Positions 24,293 through 42,877 of a stretch of 64,000 nucleotides of DNA are shown here, one piece after another. A program made the translations under genes and the position numbers. Under the pieces are notes generated by a model that did not search any database, was not told the DNA's origin, and worked only from the letters and a program-made list of their open reading frames with translations. This DNA comes from Octopus sinensis (taxonomy: Eukaryota), in assembly GCF_006345805.1 (NCBI RefSeq), contig NW_021833276.1:48857-112856 (forward strand), written 5' to 3'. Each line of letters opens with the position of its first letter. The stretch's first letter is position 1.

Positions 24293-24829
24293 GATGACTT
24301 GTTGGCTCCTTTAGATTCTAATCAGGGTCAGTTTCAGTCCGGTCCCCATGCTGCCGACAATAAACAACGTCATATAGCAATTTAGAAAATGTCTCTTAAT
24401 TCACACAGGATGAGTTAATATCTACGTTTGTGTTAGTTAATTGAGTTACTCATATGAAATTACAGATAAGCCAACCTAGCATTTATGTAAAACTAAAAAG
24501 GAAAAAGGGAAAAAGATAAAGAACAGCTCAAAATTAAATATGCTAGTCCAACACACGCGATCTGTTCCCGACAATTTAAGCTACATATCACTTAAGTTTC
24601 AAATCCAATCCAACGTCTATGTATGTGTAACTATGTATGTAATTGTATATGTTTGAACCATGTTCCTATATGCGAAATTTTCTGACAATGCTCACGTGTA
24701 TCTCATATACGCAAGGTGGGGGAGGGTTTATGTGTTGCGTATGTGTGGGAGAGTTATTTGTGTGAATGTATATGTGTATACATAAGTGTGTGTGTGAGTA
24801 TGTGTGTGTTCAGAGAATAAAGTTGAATT

Positions 24830-24860
<31 letters not shown>

Positions 24861-24898
24861 TTAATAATAATAATAATAATAAAAATAATAATGATAAA

Positions 24899-24937
<39 letters not shown>

Positions 24938-24957
24938 CATAATAATAATGATAATAA

Positions 24958-25156
24958 TCGCGCACATACGGTTGTGATGCGTCGCGCACATACGGTTGTG
25001 ATGCGTCGCGCACATACGGTTGTGATGCGTCGCGCACATACGGTTGTGATGCATGTGCCTGGTGTACCTTTATCAGACGGTAGTCATGATGGGTATATTG
25101 GGCTTGTATATTTTTACCCAGTGTCACTTTGATGGCATGCACTGCTCTCTCACTCA
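24958..25156 (+). mobile_element. 3' fragment of the TAA-anchored non-coding element X, with four tandem 24-bp units at its 5' junction
   Basis: Reverse complement of 49001-49130. Unit tcgcgcacatacggttgtgatgcg x4 (24958-25052). (TAA)n on both sides. Confidence 0.85.
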
Positions 25157-25180
25157 ATAATATAATAATAATAATAAAAT

Positions 25181-25247
<67 letters not shown>

Positions 25248-25251
25248 CAAC

Positions 25252-25291
<40 letters not shown>

Positions 25292-25353
25292 TAATAATAA
25301 TAATATAATAATATAATAATAATAATTAAAAAAAAAAAAAATAATATATAAAA

Positions 25354-25562
25354 GGCAGCGAGCTCGCAGGAACGTTAGAACTCTGGGCGAAATGCTTAGC
25401 GGTATTTCGTCTGTCGTTACATTCTGAGTTCAAATTCTCCCGAAGGCGACTTTGACTTTTCAGGGTCGATAAATTAAGTACCAGTTACGCACTGGGGTAG
25501 ATCTAATCGACTGGCACCCTACCCCCAAATTTTAGACCTTGTGGCTATTAGTAGTATAGAGG
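25354..25562 (+). mobile_element. tRNA-derived SINE of the abundant family with core gtcgataaattaagtaccagt...ggggtcgat.taatcgact
   Basis: B-box-like gagttcaaatt. The same family occurs at about 11020-11185, 15115-15275, 46615-46740, 46965-47157 (minus), 47225-47380, 52087-52286 and 56365-56567. The core resembles Deu/Nin-type domains (from memory). Confidence 0.8.
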
Positions 25563-25624
25563 ACTACTACTACTACTACTACTACTACGTACTACTACTA
25601 CTACTACTACTACTCTACTCTACT

Positions 25625-25698
25625 ACTACTACTACTACTACTACTATTATTATTATTGTTGTTGTTGTTATTGATATTATTATATATTTAATTTAATG

Positions 25699-25742
<44 letters not shown>

Positions 25743-26108
25743 TTATTATTATTGTTGTTGTTGTTATTGATATTATTATAATTTAATTAATGTATACTAC
25801 TACTACTACTACTACTATTATTATTATGGTTGTTGTGTTATTGATATTATTATATATTTAATTTAATGTACTACTTACTACTACTACTACTACTACTATT
25901 ATTATTATTATGTGTTGTGTGTTATTGATAATATTATATATTTAATTTAATGTACTACTACTACTACTACTACTACTATTATTATTATTGTTGTTGTTGT
26001 TATTGATATTATTATATATTTAATTTAATGTACTACTACTACTACTACTACTACTATTATTATTATTGTTGTTGTTGTTATTGATATTAATATATATTTA
26101 ATTTAATG

Positions 26109-26140
<32 letters not shown>

Positions 26141-26192
26141 TTATTATTATTGTTGTTGTTGTTATTGATATTATTATATATTTAATTTAATG
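25625..26192. repeat. Higher-order minisatellite: 7 units of (TAC)n(TAT)n(TGT)n-tattgatattattatatatttaatttaatg
   Basis: Unit ends at about 25698, 25793, 25868, 25952, 26030, 26108 and 26192. Confidence 0.9.
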
Positions 26193-26834
26193 TATTGAAT
26201 GCATTGTGTGTATATCCATAAATACATACAAACATTTGTATATACATATATTTACATATATACGTATGTGTGTGTGCATACACAATGCCAGTATATGCAT
26301 GTGTCTGTACATGAATGTATATTTACATACATACGCATATATATAAATACAATAATTACATATATATACAATGAATACAAATATATGTACATATTTCTCT
26401 GTGTACATATACATACATACATACATACATACATACATACATACATACATACATACATACATACATACATACATAAGTCGCTTATTGACATGGCGCCGTG
26501 TTTATTTTTTACTGGGTTATATTTGTGTTGACATTAACAAATGGACGAGAAAAATGTACATCGTTATTTGATGTAGACTTAGAGAAGTTTCGAAGATACA
26601 CATTAAACACGCATACATACGCAACCACACATGTGTGTATACATTGACGCGATCTTTGAAAGGTCCTCACATACGCTATTACACTAAATAATGGAGACCA
26701 ACACAGAGAAATGTCTGTCTATATACGTCTTTGTGTGTCTCTGGGAATGCGAAAGTGTATGTATATGCGGCTTGTGTAATACAAATAAAAACATTTTTTC
26801 TATGGAGGGAAAAATAGAATATATATAATATCTA

Positions 26835-26869
<35 letters not shown>

Positions 26870-26998
26870 CATATACATATACATACATATATATGCATAA
26901 TTATATATATATGTATATACATATATATATACATATATATATATATATAACATACATATATATACATATATATATACATATATATACATATATATATG

Positions 26999-27030
<32 letters not shown>

Positions 27031-27278
27031 TGCATATACATATACATACATATACATATATTTATATATACATATATATATAGTACACACAGACAAGATT
27101 CAATGTACTGGAAGTATATGTATAGCCACATATGCACACACATTTCAGACCTATATACGCGTTTATACCGAACGTCTCGTTTCCTTGTTCCCCGTTCTGT
27201 CTATGTATATATATATATAGATATATATATATATATATATATATATGCTTGCATGCATATACATCTAGTGCTAATGTG

Positions 27279-27377
<99 letters not shown>

Positions 27378-27637
27378 TATAGATAGATAGATAGATAGAT
27401 AGATAGAATAGATATTTGTGTGTGTGAGTGTGTGGTGTGTGTGAGTGTGTGCGTGTGTAGGTTAGTTAGTATATTGTAATCGCTTGGGTTGAGGGATAAA
27501 TGGTGGAATTACGTGCATGATAATGAAGTGTTGTAGAAAGGAGGTTAACTGTGTTTAAATACTGAACATGGAAGAAATTAGTTGTAAAGACGATTGCAGA
27601 ATATAATAATGAATATGGGGAAGGAGTGTGTTTGATT

Positions 27638-27738
<101 letters not shown>

Positions 27739-28108
27739 GGTGGTGGTGGTGGTGGTGGTGGTGGTGGTGGTGGTTTATTTGAAGTAATGGTTATTTTCAT
27801 GTAGAAGCTGTATTAGCAGAGGTGAAGAGCTCATAAATGTGGGGATAGCGTTCTGAATGTGCCGGTGACAACTGTGTTATCATGATGATGATGATGATCA
27901 TCATGATGACAACGACAGCAACAGCAATGACAACGACAGCGACGATGATGATAACGATGACGATGAATAATGATGAAAATCATAATTGATTCGAGATATT
28001 GATATGTTAAAGAAACTGTCGACAATAAGTGGTACCCGTTGATTGGGTTTTGTGGTGGGGTTGAATTCATAATGATGATGATGATGATGAGGAGGAGGAG
28101 GAGGATAC

Positions 28109-28139
<31 letters not shown>

Positions 28140-28933
28140 GGTGGTGGTGGTGGCGGTGATGGTGATGATGATGATTATGATGATGATGATGATGGCGGTG
28201 GTAGTGATGACGTTGATGGTGGTGATGATGATGGTGATAGTGATGATGATGATGATAATGAGGAGGTTGGGGAGGATAGTGATAATGATGATGGTAATGA
28301 TGATGACGTGACTACTAGAACGTCGATGATGACTGTGATAATCACGACGACGACTACGAATACACCACCACCACCACCACCACTACCGGTGGCGGTGCTC
28401 GTGGTGCAGGTAGCGCTGGTGCTGGTGGTGATGCTGCACGGGGTTACTTTGGTACTGATGGTCCAGGGGCAGATAGTGACTGTGGTAGTGGTTTTGGTGG
28501 TTCTTATTGCACTGGTGGTGTTGGTGGTTGTGGCGATGGTCGTTACTGTATATTTTCTATTGTTGTTGTTGTTGCGAGCTAGCCTTTTTAGGACAGCCTT
28601 AAATACAGTCTACTACGTTCCAATTCTTTCTGGCAGTCTTCATACCGATTAAATATCTCTGATCATATTCTGTTGTCTAATTTTCATACTATTTTACTTC
28701 TTTCAGTCATTTGGCTTTGGCCATACTGCAGCATCGCCTTAAGATATATATTTATCAATTTATTTGTGTTTTATCTTTTATCTTTTACTTGAAGGGTTTT
28801 AGTCGAACAAATCGACCCCAGGACTTTGTTTTTTAAAATCTTAGTGCTTATTTCATCGGTCTCTTTCGCTGAAGTGCTAAGTTAAGGTTGTCAAGTGGTG
28901 GTGGGTAACAAACACCAACACATAGATATACAA

Positions 28934-28978
<45 letters not shown>

Positions 28979-29877
28979 TGGATTCTTGGCGATTTTTTCC
29001 TCCATCTTCCTTTCCTTTTGAACTTTCCTCTCTCTCCTGTTTCAGAAAAAGAGCTTTGCTCGAAAAGTAAAACACCCTTTCTTTCCTTCCCTGAACGTCT
29101 TTCTAATATTGCCCCACCATTGCCTAACTCCACCGATTGAATTAAATAAAAGATACTAAAGAAAGATATTAATAAATCGCTAATGATTAACAGTAATTAT
29201 TTATTTTTACTATTTTCATAGAGAAATACACAAGGGTCGGGGCAGAGAAAAAAACAAATTTTCATGTTTAATAAAATTAAGGTGGTTTTTAAACTCTCAG
29301 AATTTGGCCACCATTATGGTGAAGAATGGTGAACTATATGGCTAAATTTTATTTTGTTTTCGCATTAACAGAAGAGGAATGAAGGCATAATCTTTAATTT
29401 ATTATTTATTTATGTATTTATTTATTGGTGGGTATGGTACAAAATCCAAGTTTGAGAACTGTTTATATAATCGATTAATGATTGATCTTACATTTTGACT
29501 AATATTTAATAAGTATGAATCAAATATCGACTCGAGAAGAGAGAGAAGCAAACTTGGACCCAGCGGATAATCGATATTAAAATATAAAGAGTTGGCATTA
29601 ATAGCGCAAGTCATACCGATGTGAACACCCTAAAGATGCAGACAAATAAAATTGATTATAATTGATAATATTGGCGGTGGATCTTCTGTCGGTCTCTACA
29701 ATAAGCATTCAATGACTTTATCAACTTTTCTATCTGCTCATTAAATTAGCGTGAGATAAACCATGTATGCCTTGGCTCCATACATACGAAAAACAGTTGT
29801 GGAATGAGATTAGTTTGGCATAATACGTCAGAAGGCTGAATCGTTAAATTAAATGTGCTGCAATCAACAAAGATATA

Positions 29878-30090
29878 CGAGGGGTGCTAAAAAGTTACTA
29901 GCTTTGGCTAAAAGAAAATACAAGAGGACCAGTTATTTATGGTTTTATTCAACATATCCTCTCAGATTTACGCACTAATTGCAGAGGTCTTTCAGTTTTT
30001 CTAAAACTTGTAGAAAAAATTCGACGATTGAGCTACTAACCAGACGTTTCGTGATAACCTTAAAGCCAGGGGAGTTTTTTCACCCCCTCG
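29878..30090 (-). mobile_element. Mariner-derived MITE of about 213 bp retaining the transposase C-terminus
   Basis: TA|CGAGGGG TIRs at both ends. The minus strand reads FFLQVLEKLKDL..CVNLRGYVE*. Confidence 0.75.
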
Positions 30091-30104
30091 TACATACATA
30101 CATC

Positions 30105-30300
30105 CGAGGGGTTGCTGAAAAGTTCCTGGCTTTGGATAAAATAAAATACAAAGGTATCAGTTAATTTTATTCAGCATATTCTCCTCTCAGATTCACACAC
30201 TTATTGCTGCGGTCCTTCAGTTTTTTTAAGCCATGTAAAAAAACTCTGAAGGTTGGCCTCCATCCAGGCCTTTCGCAATACTCTAGTAGCCCCTCGTAGG
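30105..30300 (-). mobile_element. Second mariner 3' end remnant of the same family
   Basis: TIR cgaggggttgctgaaaagttcctggcttt; minus ORF ends FLHGLKKLKDRSNKCVNLRGEYAE*. Confidence 0.7.
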
Positions 30301-30944
30301 AATAGAAAAAATTGAGTTCTTGTACTAGAAGGAAAATGTAAACTTCCGAAAGTTTGAAAGGTAGAGTTGACAAGTTTTCGACTACAATCAATACTGCAAG
30401 AAATACTTTCCGAAGGTCTGAAGATGCTGCCATTTCACCTGTGTATTATATATAGGCATGTATTTTCCTCTCCCTCTAATTATTCAATCTCTTTGCTTTC
30501 CTTCCTCTATTACCACCCTTGTACCTATTTCTCTCTCCCTCTCTCTCATTCTTTAGTCTCTCTGATTTCTTTCCCTACTCTCCTATTCCTTAGTCCCCCT
30601 GCCGTCTTCAGCTGCTCCCCTCCTACCACGTGATCGCTGTCCGGTTAAGGTATTGTTGTCCTTTTTCCGCCAGCTGCCTTGAGGTAGATCCTGTTCGTCT
30701 GTCCCACCGTCCACTCTGTTGAGATTTTCCATTTCCTTTTGGACCACGCTCGTCTGATAGTCGAAAGCTCCTTGTTGTTTCATTTTTGTTGTATTTGTCC
30801 AATCATTTCGCATTTGTTGTGTAGCCGAAAGGCGCCTATCCATTGTATATGTATATTCTATTTCATAACGTACGTTCGACCGATAATCGAAAGTCTCTTT
30901 CTGTTATTTACTTATTTGTATATGTACAAAATTTTTTTCATTAT

Positions 30945-31066
30945 TTACATTTGACGGATATTTGTCCTCATTTTGTTTGTTGTTTCGGCTGATAAACCCT
31001 CCAGCCTTCATCAGGTGTCTTGGAGAAATTTCGAACCTAGGTTCTCATTCCTAAGGTATTTTTCAA

Positions 31067-31125
<59 letters not shown>

Positions 31126-31137
31126 TATTATTATTAA

Positions 31138-31193
<56 letters not shown>

Positions 31194-31385
31194 TATTATC
31201 ATTTCTATATTAAGAGATGAGAATTATCTACTTTATTTACATTATTTACATTCGACGGATATTTGTCCTCATCTTGTTTGTTGTTAACACAACGTTTCGG
31301 CTGATATAACCACCAGCCTTTTCATCAGGTGTCTTGGAGAAATTTCGAACCTTGATTCTCATTTCTAAAGTATTTTTCGATTGTT
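30945..31385 (-). mobile_element. Two tandem copies of a repeat of about 140 bp bearing hammerhead motifs, separated by (TTA)n
   Basis: Minus strand GACAC-CTGATGA-A(AA)-GGCTG-10nt-CAGCC-GAAA-CG-TT-GTGTT at 31286-31333. The copy at 30980-31019 has lost stem III and the 3' strand of stem I. Confidence 0.7.
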
Positions 31386-31434
31386 GTTGTTATTATTATT
31401 GTTGTTGTTGCTGCTGCTGCTGCTGTTGTTGTTG

Positions 31435-31504
<70 letters not shown>

Positions 31505-31759
31505 ACCGAATTAGAATAGGGTTTTCGAACACAAATCATCTCTTCGCATAACAATAAGTTGTTAAATATAAAGCCACTTAATGAAAATAACATTGATATT
31601 ATTAACACCAACCATTCTTTGAACAATAATAACTGCAATATTAATATTTCTGATATAAATTCGAATCGTATTCGTTTCCTTAGCAGTAATTCTAAGACTA
31701 AAAATAGTTTATCAATGTAAAATTACTTCCGGTTCTGATGCCTCTTGTTACATATGTAG

Positions 31760-32066
31760 TTCTTCATCTGGGTTGTTGAAAAGAATATCTAGCCATTACT
31801 CTACATTTAGACATATCAATAAACGCAACAATTGTAGGCTAAGTAAATTAATTTGGTATCTAAAGGAACATAATAAACAATTTGATTTGGAATGGAATAT
31901 TCTATCTAAATCCTTTCCATATGATAAAGGTAAATCTTTTTGCCCGCTTTGTACCGAAGAACAATATCTCATCCTGTTCTCGGAGAATTCTCTTGTCAAC
32001 ACGTTTAAAGAACACGTTTATCGTTGCAAACATTGTCAAAAACACATCTTTAGTTCCTATAAGTAA
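31760..32066 (+). pseudogene. C-terminal part of a Penelope-like GIY-YIG endonuclease
   Basis: RISSHYSTF..LSKLIWYLK..EWNILSK..CPLCTEEQYLIL..VN..E..RCKH matches the H..LSK.IW.LK..W.IL..C.LC..EK..I..N..E..C.H pattern of PLE endonucleases. Confidence 0.75.
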
Positions 32067-32343
32067 AATTCGACCTTTAACTGTCTTCTCACATTTCATT
32101 TCCACTACATATATCCATATCCACGTTTTAAGCTGTATTCCCAATCATCTATCGCACTATATTTCTCCACTCTTAATTTTCTGTTAATATCTCTCTTTCT
32201 CCTTCTCTTTCTCTAAATTGTCTTTGATGTTAAATCTATTAACATTTTTTTTTTAATTAACTTGCCAGTCTTCCTCTTCATTATACACGCGTTAGTCGCA
32301 TTCAGTTAAAATGGCTTATTGACGTAATTTGTTTTTCTTTATT

Positions 32344-32431
32344 TTTCTCTGATGAGAAGATTACATTGTTTTACATCATTTTATTCCCTCCGGAATAATA
32401 TGAATGTTTCCTTCGAAACGTTTGTCGGAAG
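32344..32431 (+). ncRNA. Type I hammerhead ribozyme with canonical core and long stem II insertion, 3' of the GIY-YIG fragment
   Basis: TTTCT-CTGATGA-GAAG-[51 nt]-CTTC-GAAA-C-GTTT-G-TC-GGAAG. Predicted GUC cleavage after 32426; stem I is 5 bp with two G-U pairs. Confidence 0.7.
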
Positions 32432-33280
32432 TATAAAAATTTCAATAACATCTGCGTTTAACTCCATTTCTTAATTTATGTTATACAAAAACATTTCATT
32501 TAACCCTGAAATTTCGACCTTTATAAGTAGGCTGTAATATCCTCAGCACTTATGGGAATTTTTGCTACCCTGGCAACTACTTATTTATTTTTCCGTGTTA
32601 TTTCTATATATTGAAAAATACATATACATATATACATATATATATATCAGTATGCCACTTATACAGAAAACCACACTATATAGTTAGGTAGTATCCAAAC
32701 AAACGTCACAGTTTTCTCTCTCTATCAGTGCAAAGAAACAATTTCTGTACAAGAACGTTTAAATAAAGAAAATTTATTTATAGAAAAATACAGAACACAC
32801 CAAAATATGAACGCATAAACGACTTTCGACTCAGTATGTATTTCAATTCGTGGTCACATACCCATCCCTGTACATAATTCATCTCACTACTTTTGCTTTT
32901 GAATTTTGTATATTTATTTATTCCCCGGCCCTGCCCCAGATAATACCGATCATCAATTACATCCCCTTAGATTTTCTTTTTGTCGATTCATTTACAAACT
33001 TCCATACAAGAACATGAACTAAAATCTTTATAAGAAAATACGAAATTACAATAATTTCATTGTCACGATTAACGAAAGCAAAACCAGTCGACAAACACAA
33101 TAGTCTTTCAGTTATAAAATATATTAAAACTATGTAAAATTTTCTTCTTTGTATTTTATATATTTTTTGCATTACAACATACCACGTGGGAATAATCAGA
33201 ATTATTCTGCTCCTACCTTTCCTTACTAATTTATATACATATTTGTATATATGCGCGTGTGCGTGAATGTGTGAATGTAT

Positions 33281-33323
<43 letters not shown>

Positions 33324-33452
33324 GTGCCCCAGCATGGCACAGCCCTCAGCTGAAACGAGATAAAATAAAATAAAATAAAATAAAATATTCTATATATATA
33401 TATATATTTAAATTTTCAGCTCGGAGTTGCGGCCATGTTGATGCACGGCCGT

Positions 33453-33478
33453 TATCTATCTATCTATCTATCTATCTA

Positions 33479-33545
<67 letters not shown>
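33453..33545. repeat. (TATC)n array directly abutting the 5' end of Tx1 copy B
   Basis: ...tatctatc|GACGGACGTG. Confidence 0.95.
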
Positions 33546-36500
33546 GACGGACGTGCTATCGTTTCGGCTCCGAAGGTAATCGTTTATTTTGACTATTTAT
33601 AGCCCATATTTTGTGTGCATTTTTGCAAATAAGGTGTGTAGGGCACCCAACTTTCGTTTGAGTGCTTTTCCAAGGGAGGAATTCTCCCCTAGGGGCAGTT
33701 TCAACCCCATTTCATTTCTGTAATTTTCATCTCGACATTAGAAAATGTCGAGAAATTTTATTGTAGAACGCTGGTCGCGTTCCTTTATGGACCAGCATTT
33801 TCCTAGTTTGGAAACGCTAGGAGAAGAAAAAAGAACTTATGCACGCAAAGTGCAAACATGAATAACGGTCGAATGAACGCTGCAACCACGTGCGGTAACA
33901 GCCCTGTCACCACCACTTCCACCACTAACAACAGCAACCACGAGACTACTAGTGCACCACACCACAACACCTCCACCCCACCAACCACCACCACCGCCAC
34001 GAACATGAATGATAAAAATAAAACTCACACGAAAACTATTGACAAAAAACAACAGCAACAACAAAAACAACAATAAAAATGAACTATCTAATAGTGAAGA
34101 TGTTAATATAACAGAATTACAGCACCAACAAATTTCGCTGACACTCTGGTCAGAAGAAACAGATTATAACATTTCACGAACGAAGAACTTTTAAAACAAG
34201 GTCTCTCTTTACAACCAGAGGGCAACGTTTAGTGCTACATACACCTCCAACAATAAAGCAAGAAATAGAAAATAAGACAATTATATATAAATTATAAGGA
34301 AAAACAAAAAACTAAACGAACAGATTACAAAAACAGATGTAGAAAAATGCTTAAAAACATAATGAAAGAAAAAGAATATATAAACTGGGGTCCCCAGTTT
34401 AACACAGTAGTGGTCCGCTTCCCTAACCAGGAAGTGGCAAAAGCTCACTCTACTGAGTCCCTGGGAAATGATGAAATCTCATGGTCCCATACTATAAAAA
34501 CCAGAGGGTGAGTCGAATCACTATAAAAATGTATCTCCCGAGATTCCTAACAAATGGATAACAGGGGCAATCTGTTACCATTGAAAAATATCAACATTTT
34601 GGAAACCGCGTGTACCTTGGCGACATTTGGGGTGGGAAGACAATCGTGGTGACCATAAAGATTGAGGGGGCCTCTATCGAGAGCCTACCGGATAAGATCC
34701 ACTTGGAAAATGGGCAATGCCTATATGTTGTAGCAGAAGGCAAAAAGCCTAGATGCTACAACTGTGGCAGCCCCGAACATTTAATTGCCAAGTGCGCTCT
34801 GGTACAGAAAAACAAAAAGAAAGAACAAATCAGAAAACAAAAAAAAAAACCCTTGTTGCCAACACCAACACACAACACACTCAATTATGGAACCAAAGCC
34901 AGAGGAAAAACAACAAACCAGCAAACAAACCCCAACAACATCACCAAGAAAAGAAACAGTACCAACACAATCACCGCGACGTCGCAACCAATTCAACATG
35001 CTGAATCAACAAAAAAATAGATCAACACCCACACCGAGGACGACAAATTAAAAATACAGAAAACAGTGACGAGAAGACAAATTCTACCCCTAACACCACA
35101 ACAACACAAACACCGCACAAAACCTCAACAATTTCTACAAGCATACATAGTAATGCAAATGCTTTGCCTTTACCTCCTACTGATACGTCGGACGACGAAA
35201 GTTCGACGGAATGGCAAATAGCCACAGGGGGTAAAAGGAAAAGATTTAAAAAATCCATCAAACAAGGAAGTAAAGCAGGGAGATATCTAACTCCGGACAA
35301 CATACCCCTAGACAATCAAAAAAGCAATGAACCCGTAAAACCACACACACAACTAACTGCAATAGACACAGACAATAAAGAATTAATGGACTACATCACA
35401 TCCAGCACGGTCATCTGTGAAGATGACTTTAAGACAAACAATCATCCGCACACCACACCACCGAAACACATCAGAATTTTACACATAACACAAGCACAAC
35501 GCCACATACTGAAATAAATATTTCCGAAAGCGGTAGGCGGGTTTCAACGATACCTGTCGAAAAAACTATACAAACAACTCATCAAAAACAATACAAAAGA
35601 AGGAGAAAAAAATGAAACTTTTAAAATGATTAAGTGAACCCCCTCTTGCCTCTTATCTCTTCTAATGTAGTGTGTAAAACACAATTTTCGTAAATATCAA
35701 TTATGCTTAAATTAGGTTGTGTGAATGCGCGTCGCTTGGCGTCGGCTTGGAAGCAAGGTTACCTTCTAAACGATATCAAGTCACTGAATGTGGATATAGT
35801 AGCTATCAGTGAAACCAGACTCAGTAAGCCGCGGACACTCGAGTCCATGTTTGGCAATCAATTTAACGTTTATTTTTCTCCCTGTCTGCCGAACATGGGT
35901 AGTGGAGGTACCGCGGTGCTTTTTCGAAAGAGTCTAAATGTAAAAATAAGAGCAATATTCCTAGACCCGGAGGGTAGGCTGGTTGTCTTGGACGTGGATG
36001 GCAGAAATGGGTGTGCATTCGGTCTGATGGCAGTTTATGCACCGTCCTTAACGGGTCGGGCGGATTTCTTCAGACGTCTAGAGGTTTTCCTGGGTACGTC
36101 TAGACCTTTACTGTTAGTAGGGGATTGGAACGCTACCTTGGACATGCATCTAGACTATGTGGGAATGGATAGGAAAAGAAGGGGGTGTAAGAGCCTCAAA
36201 GACCTGCTCAGACGTTTCCATTTGTCTGACAGGTTCCGACTCGACCATCCGAACGTGCCAACGTGGACTTGGACAAACCGCGTCGGATCGTCGAGATCTT
36301 ATCTAGATAGAATTCTATGCAGGACAGCGGATAGGGATAATGTAGGATGTCCACAGTTTAAAATAGTCAGCTACACAGATCACAAATTTGTGACGTGTAC
36401 GCTCGACTTAGATAAAACACATAGGCAGAGTCCGGGTAATGGAAACTGAACACGTCGCTGTTAGAACGACAGGTTTACATGAACTGGATTAGCGAGTTAA

Positions 36501-38002
36501 TTAAGAGGGCGCTGAAGGGAGCCGTCGTTAACAACCGCTGGTGGTACGCCCTGAAAATGGCAATAAAATCGGAATCAATTAAGTTTTAGCAAGGAATTAG
36601 CGATAGATCGAAATAGAGTAGAGGGAGACTTGGTTAAGAAACTAGAAGAGGGACTTACCACTGGCAGCGCAACCAACGTGCTGGCTGCGAGGATGGCCCT
36701 CGACCAACACCTCAACGTCAAGCACCAAGGTTGCGTCGTCAGAGCTAAAATGCGTGCCTTAAGGAAAGAAGGGATCGAAGCTGCGCGGGAGGCCCGGGTA
36801 GCGGAGGCGCAGCGTGGCAACAGAGCCACCATTCGGTCTCTAATAGATCAACCGGGATGCAGTTTACTGGAACCCGAAAGGATGTGTGAGGCCTTTCAAC
36901 AGCACTTTGCTCGACTGTTTGGTGCGAGTGGTGGGTCGGAACGCGGGATGGATTTCAGTGCCTACCTGACCGACCTGCCGCGGCTCTCGGCAAGAGAAGC
37001 GGAGTGTTGTGAAAGACCCATCACAGCCGCTGACGTGTGGGATGCGATGGCGGGCTGCGCGAGGGATAAGTCGCCTGAATTGGATGGTTTACCCTACGAG
37101 CTGTATTGTCAAATGCCAGACTTGTTTGGCGATCACTTGGCATCAGTCTACTGCAACTGGCAACAAAACGGGAGAATCCCCGGTTTCGTGAGCCGAGGTG
37201 CAGTCACGTTACTGAAGAAAGACCCAAACATGGGGAATTTTATAGATAATTTCAGGCCCATCACTCTGCTCAACGCAGATTTGAAAATTTTGGCCAAAGT
37301 AATAGCCGAGAGGTTGGCGCTTGTCATTGGTAAACTGGTCGACAGGGCGCAAACATGCGCCGTGCCGGGCAGAACCATACATGACAACCTGCATCTGATG
37401 CGCTACATTGTGTACAGGGTAGTTAAGGATCCTGGCATGGGTGGGGCGCTGATAAATTTGGATCAGTCTAAAGCCTTCGATAGGGTTGACCATCGGTACT
37501 TGGTGGCCGTCCACAGGGTGGCTGGTTTCGGTCTCGTCTTCCGCGGTTGGATCGCTGCCTTGTATAGTGGCATCCGATCGGTGATTCGGGTGAACGGTCA
37601 CCTGTCGAAACCGTTTGATATCATGCGTTCGGTCCGTCAGGGGTGTCCCCTGTCGGCGCTTCTGTATGTATTGACTCTCAAGCCGCTACTGCGGAAGCTG
37701 GCGACACTGAGGGGCATCCCACGGGAACTGGGTTGCGGGACGAGCGTGTCGGCATATGCGGACGATGTCACCGTCATAGTGTCGAGCAACAAACACATCA
37801 AGATGATAGGCGAGACACTAAGAAAATACGAAACGTTGACGGGAGCAAAGATTAACCCGGAAAATCAATGGGTTTGCTACTCGGCACCTGGAGAAGCAAG
37901 CCCATGCCGTCCGACTGCGGCTCAGTAGTGGGACGCTGGACGGACGGACCGGTTAAATTTTCTTGGTTCAGTCCGGACCTCCAAATGGATAAGAACTGGG
38001 AC
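33546..38002 (+). mobile_element. Tx1 copy B: complete 5' end, ORF1, ORF2 through RT, 3'-truncated
   Basis: ORF1 ATG at 33745; CX2CX4HX4C knuckle at 34754-34795; EN ORF 35703-36449; RT ORF 36630-37928 (SAYADDV). Homology to copy A stops at about A4305. Confidence 0.95.
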
Positions 38003-42877
<4,875 letters not shown>

